Shown: in pieces, positions 49,137-62,770 of the stretch
Position numbering within the stretch: position 1 is the stretch's first letter
Layout: each line of letters begins with the position of its first letter
Source of the DNA: Hemiscyllium ocellatum
Lineage: Eukaryota
Direction of reading: 5' to 3'
Length of the DNA: 64,000 nucleotides
Assembly (NCBI RefSeq): GCF_020745735.1
Contig: NC_083427.1
Coordinates: forward strand, 1,519,438-1,583,437
The notes under the pieces: generated by a model
What the model saw: the letters and a program-made list of their open reading frames with translations, nothing else
Database searches by the model: none
Told to the model about the DNA's origin: nothing
Translations under genes and position numbers: made by a program

Positions 49137-51269
49137 CCATCACTGCTGAAAACAATTACTTCTGATTTCATTGAAAGCTTGTGTGTGAAGCTCCATCGGT
49201 TGCTGATTAGAAATGGCATTGAATTGATTTTTGCTCTCAATCATATCGGCCCTTCCACGGTATCACTTCAACGTGTATTCTTATGTGATCTCAACTCAGG
49301 AATGAGAACTACTTGTATATTTTTGTCATTAACGTTTGCCTTCACGCTTTCTTTTTCAAGTGTTGGTGTTAAAGAAATTTCATGAAACTGCTACAAGCTA
49401 AGGAAATCACTCTTCGCCATTTAAATAAGCTGAAGACGAATCTTTCAAAATTGCCAATTGTTGGCAATATTTTGAAAAAAATTGAAGTGTATCCTATGCT
49501 ACTCCCCTGCTAGACATGTGTTCAATACATCTTTGAGAAAGGTAACCAGAGAAACCTACCAAACAGGCATGCAATCAAGTATAGAATTCTTACCCAAGAG
49601 CATTAGATAGATAAAAGCCTATTAATTTGACAGAATGTCAAGTCATTACTATAGAAGACATAGGAAATGCATTTTCCAAGACTTGGAAACAAATCTACAA
49701 GCATGAATATTTTTCTCCTCACTGTTGTTATTAATTATCTGACATTTCCTCTGCTCAGCATTTTTACTTGTGATAAGTGATAAGGCTATCAATGCTGAGT
49801 TTGAGCAATTGCTTCGTTTGCTAGAACCAGCAGAGGGACCGATTGAGACTATCTTCAGGATATTTCGAGATACAGAGCCCTGTGAACACTTAATACAAAT
49901 TCCTGAGTGTAGCATACAATTTGATTCCTCCTTGAAAAAGTCGCAGGATTTCACATTCTCGTAGAAATTCAATGGACGTTGTACCCTGCCATTACTATCC
50001 GTAAAACCACATATGTGGAAATGTGTTCAAGTATAATTGCTTATTTCAAACAATGGTTACGAATTCCCAGAAACATTGTTGTTATGAGACAATAGGTGCA
50101 CTAAAGCAAGTTCATGAAGTGTTATTTTCAAACAGGGTTCAAATGACTCATTGTCTCTCTCTACTAACAAAAACAAAAGAAGTCTAATTGGCACCAGATA
50201 CTGTGTAACATCACAGTTAATAATTAAATGACCTACTTCTGTGCTGTTTATTTTGCTGCAAACTTTCCAAGTTGCAATGGAAGTGATTAAATGTAAGAGA
50301 ATACATTTAGTTTGAGTGGATCAGAGATTCATTCTTGAAATTAATGAGCCATTCACACCCTTGTAAGCTCTTCTGCTTGGTCAGTACCTTCATCCTATTC
50401 CCACATGTGTTTTCAAGCCTTTGAGTTAATTTTATTGACAAGACTGCAATTCTTATGATTTTCAAAATAAATGAAGTGTCAGAAACAGGTGAAACTTGCA
50501 ATCATTTGTGCAAACTGTAGAAATGTAATGTTGCCTACAATTTACATCAGTGTTGTAATATAATTTAGTTATTGACTTCCTATTCTGTCCAGGCAGTGGC
50601 GTGAAATGTACTTGCTATTATCTACTCCATATTGCCAATCATTTATATGTTGTAGAAATTCTGACCTTCAATCTAACATGTTTTCAAAATGTAATGTTAT
50701 TCAGTTCGTTCCACTCATTACGTCAGTATTCACATATTTTGCCTCATAAATGATTTTCCGTTTGCAAATAAAATCAGTTTTTAATTAAGCAACCGATGTA
50801 CAGAGCTTTATTCATTTACTTTCAAAGTTTGCTGGCCGTAACAATCGTCAGATTGAATTGAAACTCAGTCCTGTCAAGTTTGAAGCATTGACACGATCAA
50901 ACCTTATTGCCCATCCACAAACTCTCCTTGCGAGATCATACTTTTTTATCTGCTACAATCTCTGTTACATCGGGGACTGCAAAAGCATGTGAGGATGTTA
51001 ACTGAATTGAAGGGGTATTGGCAGGCACTGTTTGATCCCATGCAATGTATATCCTTGTATTTATGCAGAGTAGAGCGACAAGTTTTGATAATTATCATGC
51101 AACAAAGATGAGGGATAAAACGTCACTGAATTACTGCCACAGATATTAGTCATCAACGGAATCTAGTCTTCAGTTCAAAATTCTTCCTGAAAGATGTAAG
51201 AATTACATCTATCTGTAATGAATCAGAAACGCTATTCAGTAATGAATGAATCAATTATTGAAGACTAAT

Positions 51270-53105
51270 CAGCAGATCTTGATACCTTGGCCCTGGAAAT
51301 TACTACCCAAGATCCATAAACCTGACTACCCTGGCTGCCCGATCATCTCAGTTTCCTCCTGTCCAACTGAACTCATCTCCACATACTTGCTTACTGTCCT
51401 GTTCCTCCGGTCCAGGAACTCCCCACATATATTCAGAGACCATCCACGCCTTCCAACCCCTCCAATACGTTCGCTTCCCTAGTCCCTGAAGCCTCATTTA
51501 CACCATGCTCGTCCATACGGACAATAGAACTCCATCTGCCATGACGAAGGCCTCCAAGCCATACGTTTCTTCCTCGACAGCTATCTCCACGAGTGGCCTT
51601 CCACGAACATTCTCATTCATTTGGATGAACTGACCCTCACCGTGAATAATTTCTTCTTTGAATCCTCCCACTTTCTCCAGACAAATGGATAGTCATGGGC
51701 ACCCGCATGGGCCACAGCAATGCATGTCTCTTTGTCGGTTATGTTCTACAGTTTCACTGCTTCCATTTTCCACCTTTTCCTCCCCTACATTAATGAGTGT
51801 ATCAGCACCACCTCGAGCTCTCACGACGAGGTTGAACAGTTTGTCAACTCCACAGACACATTTCGCCCTGGCCTGAATTTCACCTGGATCATCTCAGACG
51901 CCTCCCCCCCTCCAATTGCAGGACTTCTGCATCTCCATTAACGGTGACTGACTCAACATTGACATCACCTACAAACCTATCGACTCCCACTGCTCCCTGG
52001 TCTAAACCACCTCCCACTTCGCCTGCTGTAAAATCCTGAACACTTATTCCCACTTGCTCCGCCTCTGCTGCATCTGCTCCCACGGGAACCAGTTCCACCA
52101 GAGAACAAACCAGATCGCCTTCGTTTTTGAAGACAACAACTTTCCCTTCCATGTGAGTGAAGATTCCCTCCAACCCATCTCATCCATTTCTCGGACCTCT
52201 CGACTACCCCAACCTTCCAACTGCAACAAAGACAGATATCCCACGGTCTTGACGATCAGCCCCACCAACCTCTGTATACATCTCATCATTCTCCTGCATT
52301 TCCATCACGAACAAATGAACCCCACCAACAGAGATAAATGTCCTCCCCACCCCATCCACTTTCCAGAAAGACCGTTCCCTCTGCAACTCCCTTGTAAATT
52401 CCACGCCACCTCCAAAACACCTTCCTCTCCCAGCACCTTCCCGTGCCAACACAGGAATTGCAAAACTCGCACCTACACCTAGCCCTTCCCCTCCGTCCAA
52501 CGCTCCAAAGGAGCCTTCCACATTCATCAGAGATTTACCTGCATTTCTACACATGTCGTTTACTCTGTCTGTTGCTCCCGATTTTGTCTCCTCGACACTG
52601 GAAAGATAGGAGGCCTACTTGCACAGCACTTCAGATAACATCTCCTGGACACCGAAAGCAATCAACACCACTGCCCCACGGCCAAACACACCGACTCCCA
52701 CTCCCACTCCACCAAGGACATTCAGGTCCTGCACCTCGTCCATTGCCACTCTTAAGCACCCGACGCATGGAGGAAGAATGCCTCATCTTCTGTCTTGGGA
52801 CCCTACAACAACACGGCATCAATGTGGATTTTACCAGTTTCCTCATTTCCCCTCCCCCACCTTATCCCTGTTGCAAACTTCCAAATCAGCAGTACGCTCA
52901 TAACTGGTCTGATCTGTCTGCCTCCTCTCTGACCTATCACCATTACCCCCATGTTCGTCTATCTATCACACTCTTGCCTACAGTTCGCCCAGCCCACCTC
53001 CCTCCCATCTATCCCTCCACCCCATCGGCTCACAGCCCAAATACTGTTGAAGAGCGTTTGCCCGAAACCTTGACCCTCCTGCTTCTCAGCTGCTGCCTGA
53101 CCTAC
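51270..53105 (+). mobile_element. Decayed Penelope-like retroelement (RT, GIY-YIG endonuclease, 3' pLTR)
   Basis: LPKIHKPDYPGCPIIS...PTELIS Penelope RT motif, EEECLIFCLGTLQQHGINVDF endonuclease end, and a decayed hammerhead (ctgttgaagagcgtttgcccgaaac) at 53044-53068; many frameshifts. Confidence 0.85.
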
Positions 53106-54382
53106 AATAATTTTCCAACACAACACGTTCGACTGAATATTACGTATCATGTTTAATGAATTATTTTACATTGTATGAGCGCAATTGTGTTTATCAATGA
53201 GAGAACGCAGAGATTTTATATTCTGCAGTGGGTAATTTCTGCCTTCCGAAAGCTGAAGATTCTGATCAATAAATTTGGCCTGACTGAGATAGCAATGCTC
53301 CCGAGACGATATTTAAAAGTGTTTTTACAATGTCTTGTGAACAATTGTATGAAATTTCACCCCACAGTGTTACTGCAATTAGCCACATTGTCAGTCTTCA
53401 GTAGCCTTAGACAAACAGTGAATTTTCGGTGGTATATCCTGTCATGATAAGAAAGCTGAGAGTCCAAAGATTTCTTGACATCATTAAGTAGTTCATTATT
53501 AATGAAATTTCTTTCCTGTCTTGAGCCTAGTTAGCTGTTTCCAACATAATAACGTTTGCAACAATATCTTCATTTCAGGTATTTCCTGAGCATTATAAAT
53601 GGTTCAACAGCTCTTGTATAGAGACTTTAAGAGATTCAAGTGGTATCAGCCTACTAAATCAAATTTGAGTCAGTGATTTTCGATAGTTATTGGAATAGAT
53701 CGAAGTGATCGTCCATTATATTTCATGGAAACAAAATCGTCAACGTTACACATGAATTGGCTTCACTGCCAATCATATCTTAGCGGAAAATGGGTATAAG
53801 TGACATAACATTGGGCTTCAGAGAAGTGATGTTAAAACCCTACCAATAATACACGCACAAAACAACCGAATGGGTAACATTAATTTCAATGGCCTGAAAA
53901 CGATGCAAATAAATTCCAGAAACAATGACGTTGAATCTTCAATACTATGTCCCTGATAGGTGTGATGGTCAGAGTATGAGAATCTTTGCCCAGTTTCACC
54001 AAACTGCATTTCATTAATTATAGATGAAAAACAAAAACCTGTCAGCACATTTGCCATGTACTATTTCTTCCCCCACTTAGCACAGTCAAACTGGCGATTT
54101 CAATTGAGTAATACAAAAGCGAATCTCAATTGAAATCGTTCAGTTTTTTCTCTTTGGAGATGAATCAAAGCCACGACCTTTCCTTACTTGAAAACTAAGC
54201 CGCATTTAATGGAATTTCGACAGAAAGTTACACTGTGCAACATGATCAGAAACCAGTTTATACTTTGTTGTCGTCGTGCACTTCTGGAAAGGAGAATGGG
54301 TTTATGTCACTGCATTTCACTCCACCTAGAGACTAACGTTAGCTATTAGGTAAAAGCAATGACCGCAGATGCTGGACACCAG

Positions 54383-54499
54383 ATTTTGGATTAGTGGTGT
54401 TGGAAGAGCACAGCAGTTCAGGGAGCATCCGAAGAGCTGCAAAATCTCCTCGGATGTTGCCTGAACTGCTGTGGACTTCCAGCACCACTAATCCAAAAT
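54383..54499. repeat. Penelope-derived palindromic element lacking the hammerhead core
   Basis: attttggattagtggtgttggaag...gcatccgaag mirrored by ctcggatgttg...cttccagcaccactaatccaaaat. Confidence 0.8.
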
Positions 54500-55519
54500 A
54501 ACGCGAGCTGTTGCACGTCTGAGGAACAGGAGGAGACATATCAGATTGCATCGACAGTAATTGTGTTCATTTAGATCGCAAATAATGCCTGGCAGAAAAG
54601 TTTATAAACCTTGACACCGTTGTTAACACATATCCATCTATCTCATTGGGAAAGCTTAACTTGCCAGTAACCATTAACTTTCGAGAGTTAATTGCACAGT
54701 GTATGTCATAATTGTTTCCTATTTCACTCCAGAATGGCATATGTATAATTAAAACTACCGCTAGATTACTCTTGTCCTATCAAACACGAAGATCGGTTAG
54801 TTAATTATGCCGACACAATAAATATCTTTTATGTGGTGTCTGATCCCAACAGCCATACATTGCTCATGTATAGATGTGAAAGGTGTGCTGATTGATTGGC
54901 AATTCAACCGTGATTGGCCGATACATTGCCATTCAGAAAACAATGCACAGCTGAACTCTTGTGGTGTTCCTGTGTAATCACCAAAGACTTTACTATAATG
55001 GAAAAATCAATTGGAAATGCTTACTATATTTGTTATTCTGTTAAGTTTGCTATTGTTCTGCTATAAAGCAATTCTGTCTTTATTTTGTTGCATTTCAACG
55101 ACAGTGAATGAATAAAGCTTGTGTTGTATTTTAATTTCGAAAGGTCTACCTACCGAATTGCCTCTGGAATGCAACGCGTTATATTTACCTTTAAAATAAT
55201 AAAATAGTTAGTGCTGAGACTAGACAAACACCAAACTGCACTAATCCCTTTGAACTTCATTTGTTGCACAGCCTTCTGTGCCCTGAAATGATAACTACTC
55301 ATCAAGATCCTTCTTAAATGTTATGAGATGCCTCCACCACCCTCTCAGGCAAATATTATATACTCCTACACCTTCTGGGTAGAAGAAATTTCAAGCCGCT
55401 TAGTCGTCATTTTGCACTAATGCCATATGGTGTTAAGTACGCAAACCATAGAGAAAATAAAATCTCACAATTTCATATGTTGGGGCGGCACGGTGCTCAG
55501 TGGTTAACACTTCTGCCTG

Positions 55520-56150
55520 ACAGCACCATCAAATTGCTCTCCCGCAGACAAGCCCTGCGTGACCAGTCTCTCCTCATGACTTTCATGCCAACTAACATCC
55601 TGGCGAATCTCGTCTACCTCCTGTCAACTGTTTTGAGATCCTTTTTGCAGTGTGACAACAAGAACTGAACACAATATTGCATTTCTGATCTAAGTAATTT
55701 CTCTTCTAAAGTTGTAACAAGACTTACTTTCTCCTATTGTTCTTTGCTTTGGTCTTTGAGGGCAAGTGTCCCATATGCCTTGTTCACCACTGCAAATGTC
55801 CATGCAACTTCAGTGATCTATAGACGTATATACCAAGCTCCCTGTGTTCCTCAGTGTTACCTCGAGTTGCATGATTCGTGATATATGTCTTTCCATTTTG
55901 CAATCTCCCAAAATGCATCACGTCCCAATACAAAGAATTAAATTTCATCTGTCACGGTTCTACCCGATTTCCCAGATTATTAATATTAGACTCTGCTCCG
56001 AGACAGTTCTGCTCACTATCAACGACATCAACAATTGTCGAGTCATCCATAAACATGCTAATTAGTCATTTTATGTTCACATTCAATCATTAACGCATAT
56101 CGAACAGTAAAGATCCCAGCATGGATACCGGATCCTCAAACAGACTGACG
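55520..56150 (-). mobile_element. Decayed CR1-type LINE fragment, with a SINE head at ~55480-55530
   Basis: Reverse complement of FxDDS/QxDLD-like and LEYCVQF-like blocks; ggcggcacggtgctcagtggttaacac head adjacent. Confidence 0.6.
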
Positions 56151-59049
56151 TAAATAAAAAAGTCATTGACAACGCTCAAGGCCGGTCAATGAGCACTGCA
56201 GCCCGCAGAGTCATCACAAAGAATACCATTCCCAACTGAAAGTGCTCTTTGTGACAGCTGAACAGTTTTATTCCCCACAAGCAATCCTGCTTTGCAATGT
56301 TTTATCTGCTTAGTTTCAGAGTTGATATTGCACACCTCTGGAGCAGACAGGGCTGAACTCAGGCCTTCTTCAGGAATTCCGGGGTTATTTCCAAAAATTT
56401 CGGCTTATGCCCGAAACGTCGATTCTTCTGCCTGATGATGATGCCTGACCTGCTGCGCTTTTCCAGCAAAAACATTCCTCGGCTCTTATCTCCAAAATCT
56501 GCAGTCCTCACTTTCTCCCACTATCACTGTACTGCAAGGGCTCTAAATATCTTTTTTCTATGTTTTCGAAACAACTTGTTCAGTTATGCTATTGCATACA
56601 TCCAAAACAATTATTTTTTGCACCCGAGCCTACAGGTTCAGAGGTACCTATATGAATACGTTAAATCTACAGAGATATGATTAAACACCACCAGGTGGAA
56701 TTTGAAACGAGGAATTGAATAGATTTGAACCCACAGCTTTTGTGCTCAGGACTCTTCACACATTCATTTCAACTTATTCAGTCAAGCTATTCAAAGATAC
56801 TAATCTGCTCCTCTGGAGCAGGTGGGATTTCAACTAGGATCTGTTGGTTCTTAGATACCTTTTCACATTGTTGTAGGAATTTCCTCATTAAACTGTTCAC
56901 AGATATTATGACATGCCCCTTGAGCAAATTGGACTTGGCCTCTGAGCCTCCCGATTCAAAGGCATGAACACTGGCACTTCACAAGAGCCCTAATTCTTCA
57001 CAATTCTTTTGGCAATGGTGGGGCAGGGTGGGAGGGGTTCCTGAATATTCTGGAGGAGGCCTGTAAGCTCTTTTACATTGAATGTGTTTCTTCCAAATTA
57101 AAAGAAGTGGTGAACTGGTGTGCGTGTTCCATCCTGTATTAGCTGAAAAAACATTCTATTCACGAGCACTTCCTGCTGCCACGTTGCAATATATACCACA
57201 CATAGATATTTGGACGGAATGTACTGTCAGCTCTAAGAAAGTGTGCTTGTTTAATACAGAAAGGGCATGAGGGAGAAAGCGACAGACTGAGAGATAGAAC
57301 GAGAGGAGATTGATCGTCGATGGGTGCTGAGAGGGTAGGTGAAAACTCGAGGTATGGGTTTAAAGGATGCCAAGCAATGAGGAGAAGGTGGAGAGAGACA
57401 GAGGGAAGCAGTGAAAACTGGAGGTCGAACGTTAAAACGGCGCTAGTGTGCAAAAGAGACAGTGTGAATGAGAAGGAGAGAGTTAGTTAGAAAGCAAGCA
57501 TGGAAAGAGTAGGAACCATATATTTCTGAGTGTTACTTTTGTAAGTTTAAACAAAGTTGCACCATTCTTTTTCTCCATGGTAATTGCTTGGTTTTGGATA
57601 CAACCAACAATGTAGCGTCTCCTCGGTTATCTATTTTAACAACACAGTAACTGCTTCTGAACTCTCAAGTAACTTTTCTTTGCCCAGTTCAAGAACAGTT
57701 TATTTTATTTATTTCATTTATAAATTAGGAATTTCCATTTTGTTCCATTCATTACGTTTCGCTCACCCACTTATAATTGCAAAGAATGCCTTTAAGTCCT
57801 TCAGGCGTATTTGGAAATAAGATCACAGTCTCGCAGATAATATTAAGTCGAGGGTGAAGCAAAATATATTTGCAGACACATCTGTCACCAGTTCTAAGAT
57901 ATCAAAGATGCAATAGTCTGAAATCCAAGGAATGCAGATTTGGGATTTTCGAGAAGAGGTTGGCGAAATTTCCATAGAAAAATAATAATGGGGCAGCAGT
58001 GAAGGTGGTTGAAAACCATCAATAACATTTCAACTTTGATGTTAATCTCGACAAGAATCGCGTTATCAATGAAGGAAATACGCTGCAAGAGACGTGGGAT
58101 ACAACAGGAAGTGTACGGGCATTCAAAAGTGGTTTACAAATCGGAGATTATTGGAAGAATCTGGTGAAATATTTTTAAACATGGTATGAAGCGTTCATAC
58201 GACAGGAGCCGAGGACAAGGAGAAGAGAAGCCAGAGGTTGAAATTCAATTTGTAATGAATCTTGTGATGTCAGGTATTTGGAATTGATAGACGTTTCGAT
58301 CAGTAATGGAATGGAAAATGGCAAGAAAATGCAGTTGAGAATCAACATTGGCTACATTGAACAAACGGAGCAGACTGGTAGAGCTAATAATCTACCTCTG
58401 TTGCGACATCTGATCTTCATGGCGTTAATATTAGCACTCTGAACATCCAGCGTATTTGGATAAAGTTTTTGTACCTAATATTAAATATTTCCTCGTGATT
58501 CTCACTTGAAAACATGTTGGAAGCATTTAAATGATTTCGACAGCCTTTTTCCTCCTGAGAACCAAGTAACAGAAGAGTTCCTACGGTACATTTCCAAACA
58601 TGTCTCACTGTTGCAAAGAAACAAGAAACATGTGCCGAAGGATGCACGAGTTCTACAGATGTGATGCTTTGTATCCACTTTTTTGAATTGGATAGTTAAG
58701 ACAGTTTCATTTCGGTACTTGAATGGGTGATACTTGCAGTCAATTTTAAGAATTCACACTTGAACTAGCTCCATAGGCCACAAAGCCAAAAACTTAACAA
58801 TTACAGTTAGTTTAATCAATGAACATTTGCAACATCAGCATGGAAACTGTCACTTCACATTTTATTCTAGAAACTCCACATTGGCGGAAAGATCACCAAA
58901 TGTATTGCTGAAAATGTTACACCACTTCATTCAAGATAGGGGGGAACTACATAACCAAATATAACGACAGAAAACTCGCAATAATATCCATAACGTTTTC
59001 ACACATATTGGAACTGTTGTAACACATAACTATCCCTGATTATTTTTAG

Positions 59050-59298
59050 GTGTTTGCCATGAGACAGACATTTCTGTCAACACAATGAACAATTTCATGA
59101 AAAAGATTTGGATTAAACAGACAGTGACCATTTTGTGTGAAATCATCTGCAGCGATTTAGAAGAGATTACTACGTTCTTCCAAGTAGATAGGAGTAAGAG
59201 AACAGAAGAATAAGAGTAAGTGGCAACTAGAAATCCTCAGAGGAATGGAAGTAAATTCATCACTGTGAGCAAGCATCAAGTAATGGTAGTGAATTGGG
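59050..59298 (+). pseudogene. Degenerate IgNAR C4 exon copy
   Basis: Acceptor tttttAG at 59049; GVCHETDISV...KIWIKQTVTILCEIICSDLEEI versus functional GDCRQTDIAV...EIWTQKTATIVCEIIYSNLENI; stop TAA at 59211-59213, core Trp changed to Phe, second Cys strand missing. Confidence 0.88.
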
Positions 59299-59339
59299 AA
59301 AAACTATGAAATATCAATCTCAGCCAAAACTTTCTCTTG

Positions 59340-59960
59340 GGCCAGAGCACTGGAGGAAAGTCACGCAGACATACGACAATGCAGAAACTCCACACAGTTT
59401 GTCACCCAAGTCTGGAATCAAAACCAATTCCCTGGTGCTCTGAGTTAGCATTGCTAAGCATTAATCCCATTGAGTCTGCACGAACCTGAAGAACATTTCA
59501 TCCAAATCCACCCACGCCCTGTCACCAAACAGTATTTTTGTTTTAAATAATGCTTACCAATCTAACCTCCACGCGACACGAAACTTTTCTGCATGGCCAA
59601 TCTGCCTCGTGCAGATTTTTAGATAGCATGGAAATGCTCATAGACACCGGGAGGCTTACAAACTCCAAACAGACGCTCGTCTGATCCAGGAATTCAAATC
59701 GCGTCCCCGGTGCAGTGTGGCCTCAAATATTTCACCCGACACTCATGGCACAGGGACTCAGTAGTTTAGTGGTGAACACCGTTGCCTCACAGTATCAGGA
59801 AATTAGTTCCTATTCCACGGGCGAGTATCTGCGTGCAATTTGCGCGTACTCCGCATATTGACAGAGATTTCCTCGCACAGTCCAGAGATTTGCAGATTGG
59901 GTGAATTAACCATGTCATTTGCCCATAACGTCAAAGAATGTGCAGGTTAGTTGGGGTTCA
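59340..59960. mobile_element. Cluster of decayed HE1-like SINE copies (two minus, one plus)
   Basis: Reverse-complement heads near 59440-59465 and 59690-59740; plus head near 59745-59810 (gtttagtggtgaacaccgttgcctcacag). Confidence 0.55.
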
Positions 59961-60344
59961 GTGGCAAGTCAAATGAGCTACTGTTATAGCAAATCATTCA
60001 CTCTCCACATATATTGCCCATATAAATAGGAATATGCAATATTATAACTTCGACCTTGTTCCTTCTGTAAATACTAATCTGAATATGCATTAAATGATTG
60101 CATCCCATCAGTTCCTATCTTTGTTTTTAAAAGCTGATCAACTCGACCTTCTGGTAATTGAACATGAGAAGGAGGTAAAGCTACCAAAATTAAGCATGAG
60201 TTTCATTGATGAACAATTGGAGTTATGTGTAAGTCTTTGAGGTAGAAAATAATTCTACACCTCCATAAGTATACTATGGGAAACAACGAAAATTGTTAAA
60301 TCTGTACAAACAACGGACTCAGCAAAGTATTGTTCTTTTGACAG

Positions 60345-60552
60345 TTGATGAAATGCGTCCTCATGAATTTTACACCTTGATCTCATCCACGGCCGAGATT
60401 AACGCAGAGATGACGGCTGTCCTGCTCTTATCCTGCAGAAATCTACGTAGGCTGGACAGCTAATTACGCACTTTCCGATCCAGGATCTCCAGCCCAGTGG
60501 ACTGCAATAGAGAAAATGTTCTAGTTCCAATACTAGTAGACTAAGACTCACT
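60345..60552 (+). pseudogene. Degenerate IgNAR C5 exon copy
   Basis: Acceptor ttcttttgacAG at 60344; DEMRP...STAEINAE, then YPAEIYVGWTANYALSDPG versus functional DQMRP...STDEIDAE and YPAEIYIGWMANDTLLDSG; a frameshifting deletion removes the first Cys; later stops. Confidence 0.88.
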
Positions 60553-60999
60553 AAATTTCTGATCTACGTTACATGATCCGGAATCTACTGTTCTAACACA
60601 ATAAGTATATGTTTTTTACACTATGATGGACATCGTGTCAATCAGTATCAGGATGACAAAATTAACAGCTGTGTTTTCAAGAACGGCAAGTTGAAATTTT
60701 ATTGCATCACCAAACCTGTGATCACCAGGTTCATTTCATCACTCCTATGCTGTATTCTGCTTTCAACGTGAAAAAATTTATAACAACAACTACCAATTCC
60801 TTCCCGAAATCTTGAGGAAGTCCTTTAAGTATATTGAAGGAAAAATGACACCGAGAGAGAATAGAATCCTTTGTGGACCAAAGTGGACATGTATGTGCAG
60901 AACTGCAGAATATGAGCGAGGTTCCCAATGATTATTTGTCCTTTGTGATTACCATGGAGGAAGACGTGAAGACTTAGAAACGTAGGGAAGATGGCATGA

Positions 61000-62770
61000 T
61001 GGCTTGGGGACAGTCGCTATCACGGTAGATAAACTTCTGTGTATATTAGCATGCATGAAGATAAATCTCCAGGCCCTGACCAGATATATCCAAAAATTTT
61101 GCAAGGAGCTAGAGAAGAAATTTCAGAGAACCTGACTGATATTTTTGCGTCATTGGTAGCCACGGGTGAAGACCGAGAAGGCTGAAGTGTAGCGAATTTG
61201 GGCCCATTATTGAAGATGAGCTGCAAAGAGATGGGTAAAAATAAGCTCAACATCTGAGTTGGGTAAGTTACTAGAGAAGATTCGGAGAGTTAAGATGGGC
61301 ATGCCGTTGGAAATACAGGATTTGAATAGCTGTCAGAATGGTTTTGTGCGTGAGAGATCATGCCTCACAAATATGCTAGAGTTCTTTGATGAAGTGAACA
61401 GGAAGGTTGACAAAGGCAAGGCGGCTTATGATGCCACATGGTGGGTGGCACGGTGGCACAGTGGTTAGCACTGCTGCCTCACAGCGCCTGAGATCCGGTT
61501 TCAATTCCCGACTCAGGCGACTGACTGTTTCGAGTTTGCAAATTTTCCCTGTGACTGTTTCCTCCCACAGTCCAAAGATGTGCAGGTAACGTGAATTGGC
61601 CATGCTAAATTGCCCGTAGTGTTAGGTAAAGGGGTAAATGTAGGAGAATGGATGTGTTCTGGCAGATTAGATCGCATGGACTTACAGGGTAGGTTGGAAA
61701 ATATCGACGCAAACTTGGCTTAATGGGAGGAGCAGAGGGTAATAATGTCAGGATGCTTGTTGGAGTGGAAGTCTGTGAGTAATGGAATGCATCAGGGCTC
61801 GGCACCGGGCCCATTGCTATGCCTTATCTATATCCATGATTTGGATGAGAATGTACAAGTCATGATTACTACGTTTGCTGATAACACTGACATAGGTTTG
61901 GACAGAGGAAGGGTATCAAAAATTGCAGCACGACTTTGTTCAGCTGGGAAGGTCGGCCGTGAAATGGAGTTTAATCTTGATAATTGTGATCCTGCATTTC
62001 AGAAAATCAAAAGAGGGAAGGAATTTCATGGTGAATGATAGGGCCTTAAGGAGTGTCGTAGAATAGAGGGATCTTGGAGCTCAGGTTCGCCGTTCTGTGA
62101 AAATGGAGTCACAGGTAGACTGGATAGTGAAGAAGGCTCTTGGCACACTGACATTCGTCAGTCAAGGCATTGAGTATAGAAGTCATGAAGTTATATTGCA
62201 GATAAGCAGGACGTTGGTCAGGCCACACTTGGAGTATTGTGTTCAATTTTTAACAACATTTTGTAGGAAAGAAAGTGGTCGGAAGACATTTACAAGGATG
62301 TTTCAAGGACTCAAGAGTCTGAACGAGAGGAAGGGTTGGACAAGCTAGGCCTTTTCTGCTTTACAGCGAAGGAGACCCAGGGGGGATGTTATAGAGTTGC
62401 ATATGATCATGCGAGGCATAGATAGGGTGAATGCACTCAATCATATCCTCGGGATTGGGGAATGGAGGACTAGAGAGTATCAGTTCAAGATTGGGGGGAA
62501 AGTATGAAATGGAACCAGATGAATAAGCTTTTCTTTAACACACAGAGTGGGACGTTTGCGGAATGAGCTGTCAATGGAAGTGACGGAGGCGGGTACGTTA
62601 TGAATATTTGAAATGCACACGTTTAAATACATGGTTAGGAAAGGATTCGAAAGATGTGGACCAAGTGCAGAGAAATCGGGTAATTGTGGGCGGAACCTTT
62701 GCTCGGCATGGGACAGTTTGGACTAAAGGGCTGTAGTACTTTATGATTCTTAGTACAGGATGACCCAGAA
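61000..62770 (+). mobile_element. Decayed CR1-type LINE interrupted by a SINE
   Basis: KSPGPD...LFK-like block, CLTNMLEFFDEV (61259-61468), QGSAPGPLLCLIYIHDLD...FADNT, LVRPHLEYCVQF. Confidence 0.85.
61444..61660 (+). mobile_element. HE1-like tRNA-derived SINE nested in the CR1 LINE
   Basis: ggtggcacggtggcacagtggttagcactgctgcctcacagcgcc...ggtttcaattcc head (A and B boxes), body ending aaattgcccgtagtgt. Confidence 0.85.

Noticed and set aside
51889-53156. Several long overlapping ORFs on both strands, up to 237 aa
   Set aside because: Shadow frames and fragments of the C-rich decayed Penelope element, not host genes.
54880-55170. Possible solo LTR (CCAAT-like boxes and AATAAA)
   Set aside because: No clear TG...CA termini or target-site duplication by eye; needs a repeat-library search.
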